Shown one piece after another: positions 63,001 to 64,000 of a stretch of 64,000 nt of DNA. The notes beneath the pieces were generated by a model. It was not told the DNA's origin and did no database searches. It worked only from the letters and a program-made list of their open reading frames with translations. The stretch comes from Stegostoma tigrinum (Eukaryota). Every line of letters starts with the position of its first letter. Position 1 is the stretch's first letter. The stretch lies in the NCBI RefSeq assembly GCF_030684315.1, contig NC_081362.1, positions 41,877,744-41,941,743 on the forward strand, written 5' to 3'. A program made the translations under genes and the position numbers.

Positions 63001-64000
63001 TCTTCATTTGCCTTTACAATCAGAGCTCAATTATCAAGCCTGAATGTGGCCCTCAGGTGTGAGCTCAGATGGGATCATGTAAATGTCCTGTGAGATGTGA
63101 TGCTGTAATATTAATGTTATTCATGAGTGCACTGTAATATTGTTCTGCACTGGAACTGGCAGCTCGGTGTACGATACCTTTTGGGAAATGGGCACAGCCT
63201 TTTTGGTTTTTAAAAAAAGGCAAAAAGAAATCTTCTGAAATGTTTCATGAGCACATGATGAATATTGACTAACAGTAAATAAATATAATTTTCAGCACAT
63301 TGCCCATTTTTTCCCTCCCAAACTGCAAGTTGCTAGCAGTGTTTATCATGCTATCCACATGTATTAGAGCAGAAAGTACCTAAATTGAAACTATGTTTGA
63401 AAGTAATCATTCTGATCATTATTTTATATATTCTGTATGTGTATTTCCCTAAGTTAAGCAACTGTCGTGTGTATTGGCTGGAAAACATGATGCCAATTAG
63501 CTGGGGCTCATTCAGCGTGACGTTAACACATTGTGTAAGAGTCTTAACGCACATTTAACTGGGAAGTTGTGCCATCTTTATGACAGTTTAATGTAGTATC
63601 CAAATAAGTCGATGAATCGTTTCAATAATGAGGAGAATATTATTTGATTATCCAAATAAACAGTTACTGCAGCCTTAATATGTATGCGGAGGCAGGGAGA
63701 GAGTACAAGAGAAGTTGATTTTCTCATTCTGTATTATAAAACAAATAGTTTGTGTTGAATCACCTCTCAAAATCACTTAAATCTTGATGCTAAATGCTAA
63801 TTGAAATAGCTGATTCTTTTTGTGTATATTTGATAATGATGTCGTCCAGCATGGAAAGCCATAATTATTGGGTAACCTGAGAACTTAATTGTTTAGAATT
63901 AGCAGTGGGAAAGATAGAAAGATCAACTTTCTTCAGGATGTTTAAACAATGAAAGGTTATTCCATGAGAAGCTTTTATCCTTAGGAAATTTCCTTATTTT

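Noticed and set aside
60045-64000. BCL11A erythroid enhancer (+55/+58/+62 kb sites in human intron 2)
   Set aside because: Only ~4 kb of intron 2 is in the window and I cannot identify homologous sequence.

Overview
Vertebrate genomic DNA, very probably from a shark (inferred from HE1-type tRNA-derived SINEs, HER1/CR1 LINEs and shark-type Penelope repeats). The window has two halves. About 1-45,800 is intergenic and dense in transposable elements: HE1 SINEs; CR1, L2, Rex1 and Tx1 LINE fragments; Penelope elements and derivatives; Harbinger-like Myb remnants; a decayed Gypsy element; and an 8.1-kb env-less retrovirus-like provirus with both LTRs, PBS and PPT. About 45,800-64,000 has no recognisable TEs, is CpG-enriched, and holds the promoter, exon 1 (CDS 54610-54664) and exon 2 (59712-60044) of BCL11A on the + strand; the gene continues past the window. 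Most notable observations: (i) at least ten Penelope-derived terminal repeats carry a minimal hammerhead-ribozyme core with covarying stem II, several as head-to-head palindromic mini-elements with target-site duplications; (ii) the provirus combines a retroviral-type RT/RNase H/IN, a CCHC Gag knuckle, a tRNA-Asn-like PBS and no env; (iii) the BCL11A 5' leader has a hairpin, an overlapping uORF and a start-stop codon pair. All assignments come from reading motifs by eye with no database search, and repeat boundaries are approximate unless stated.
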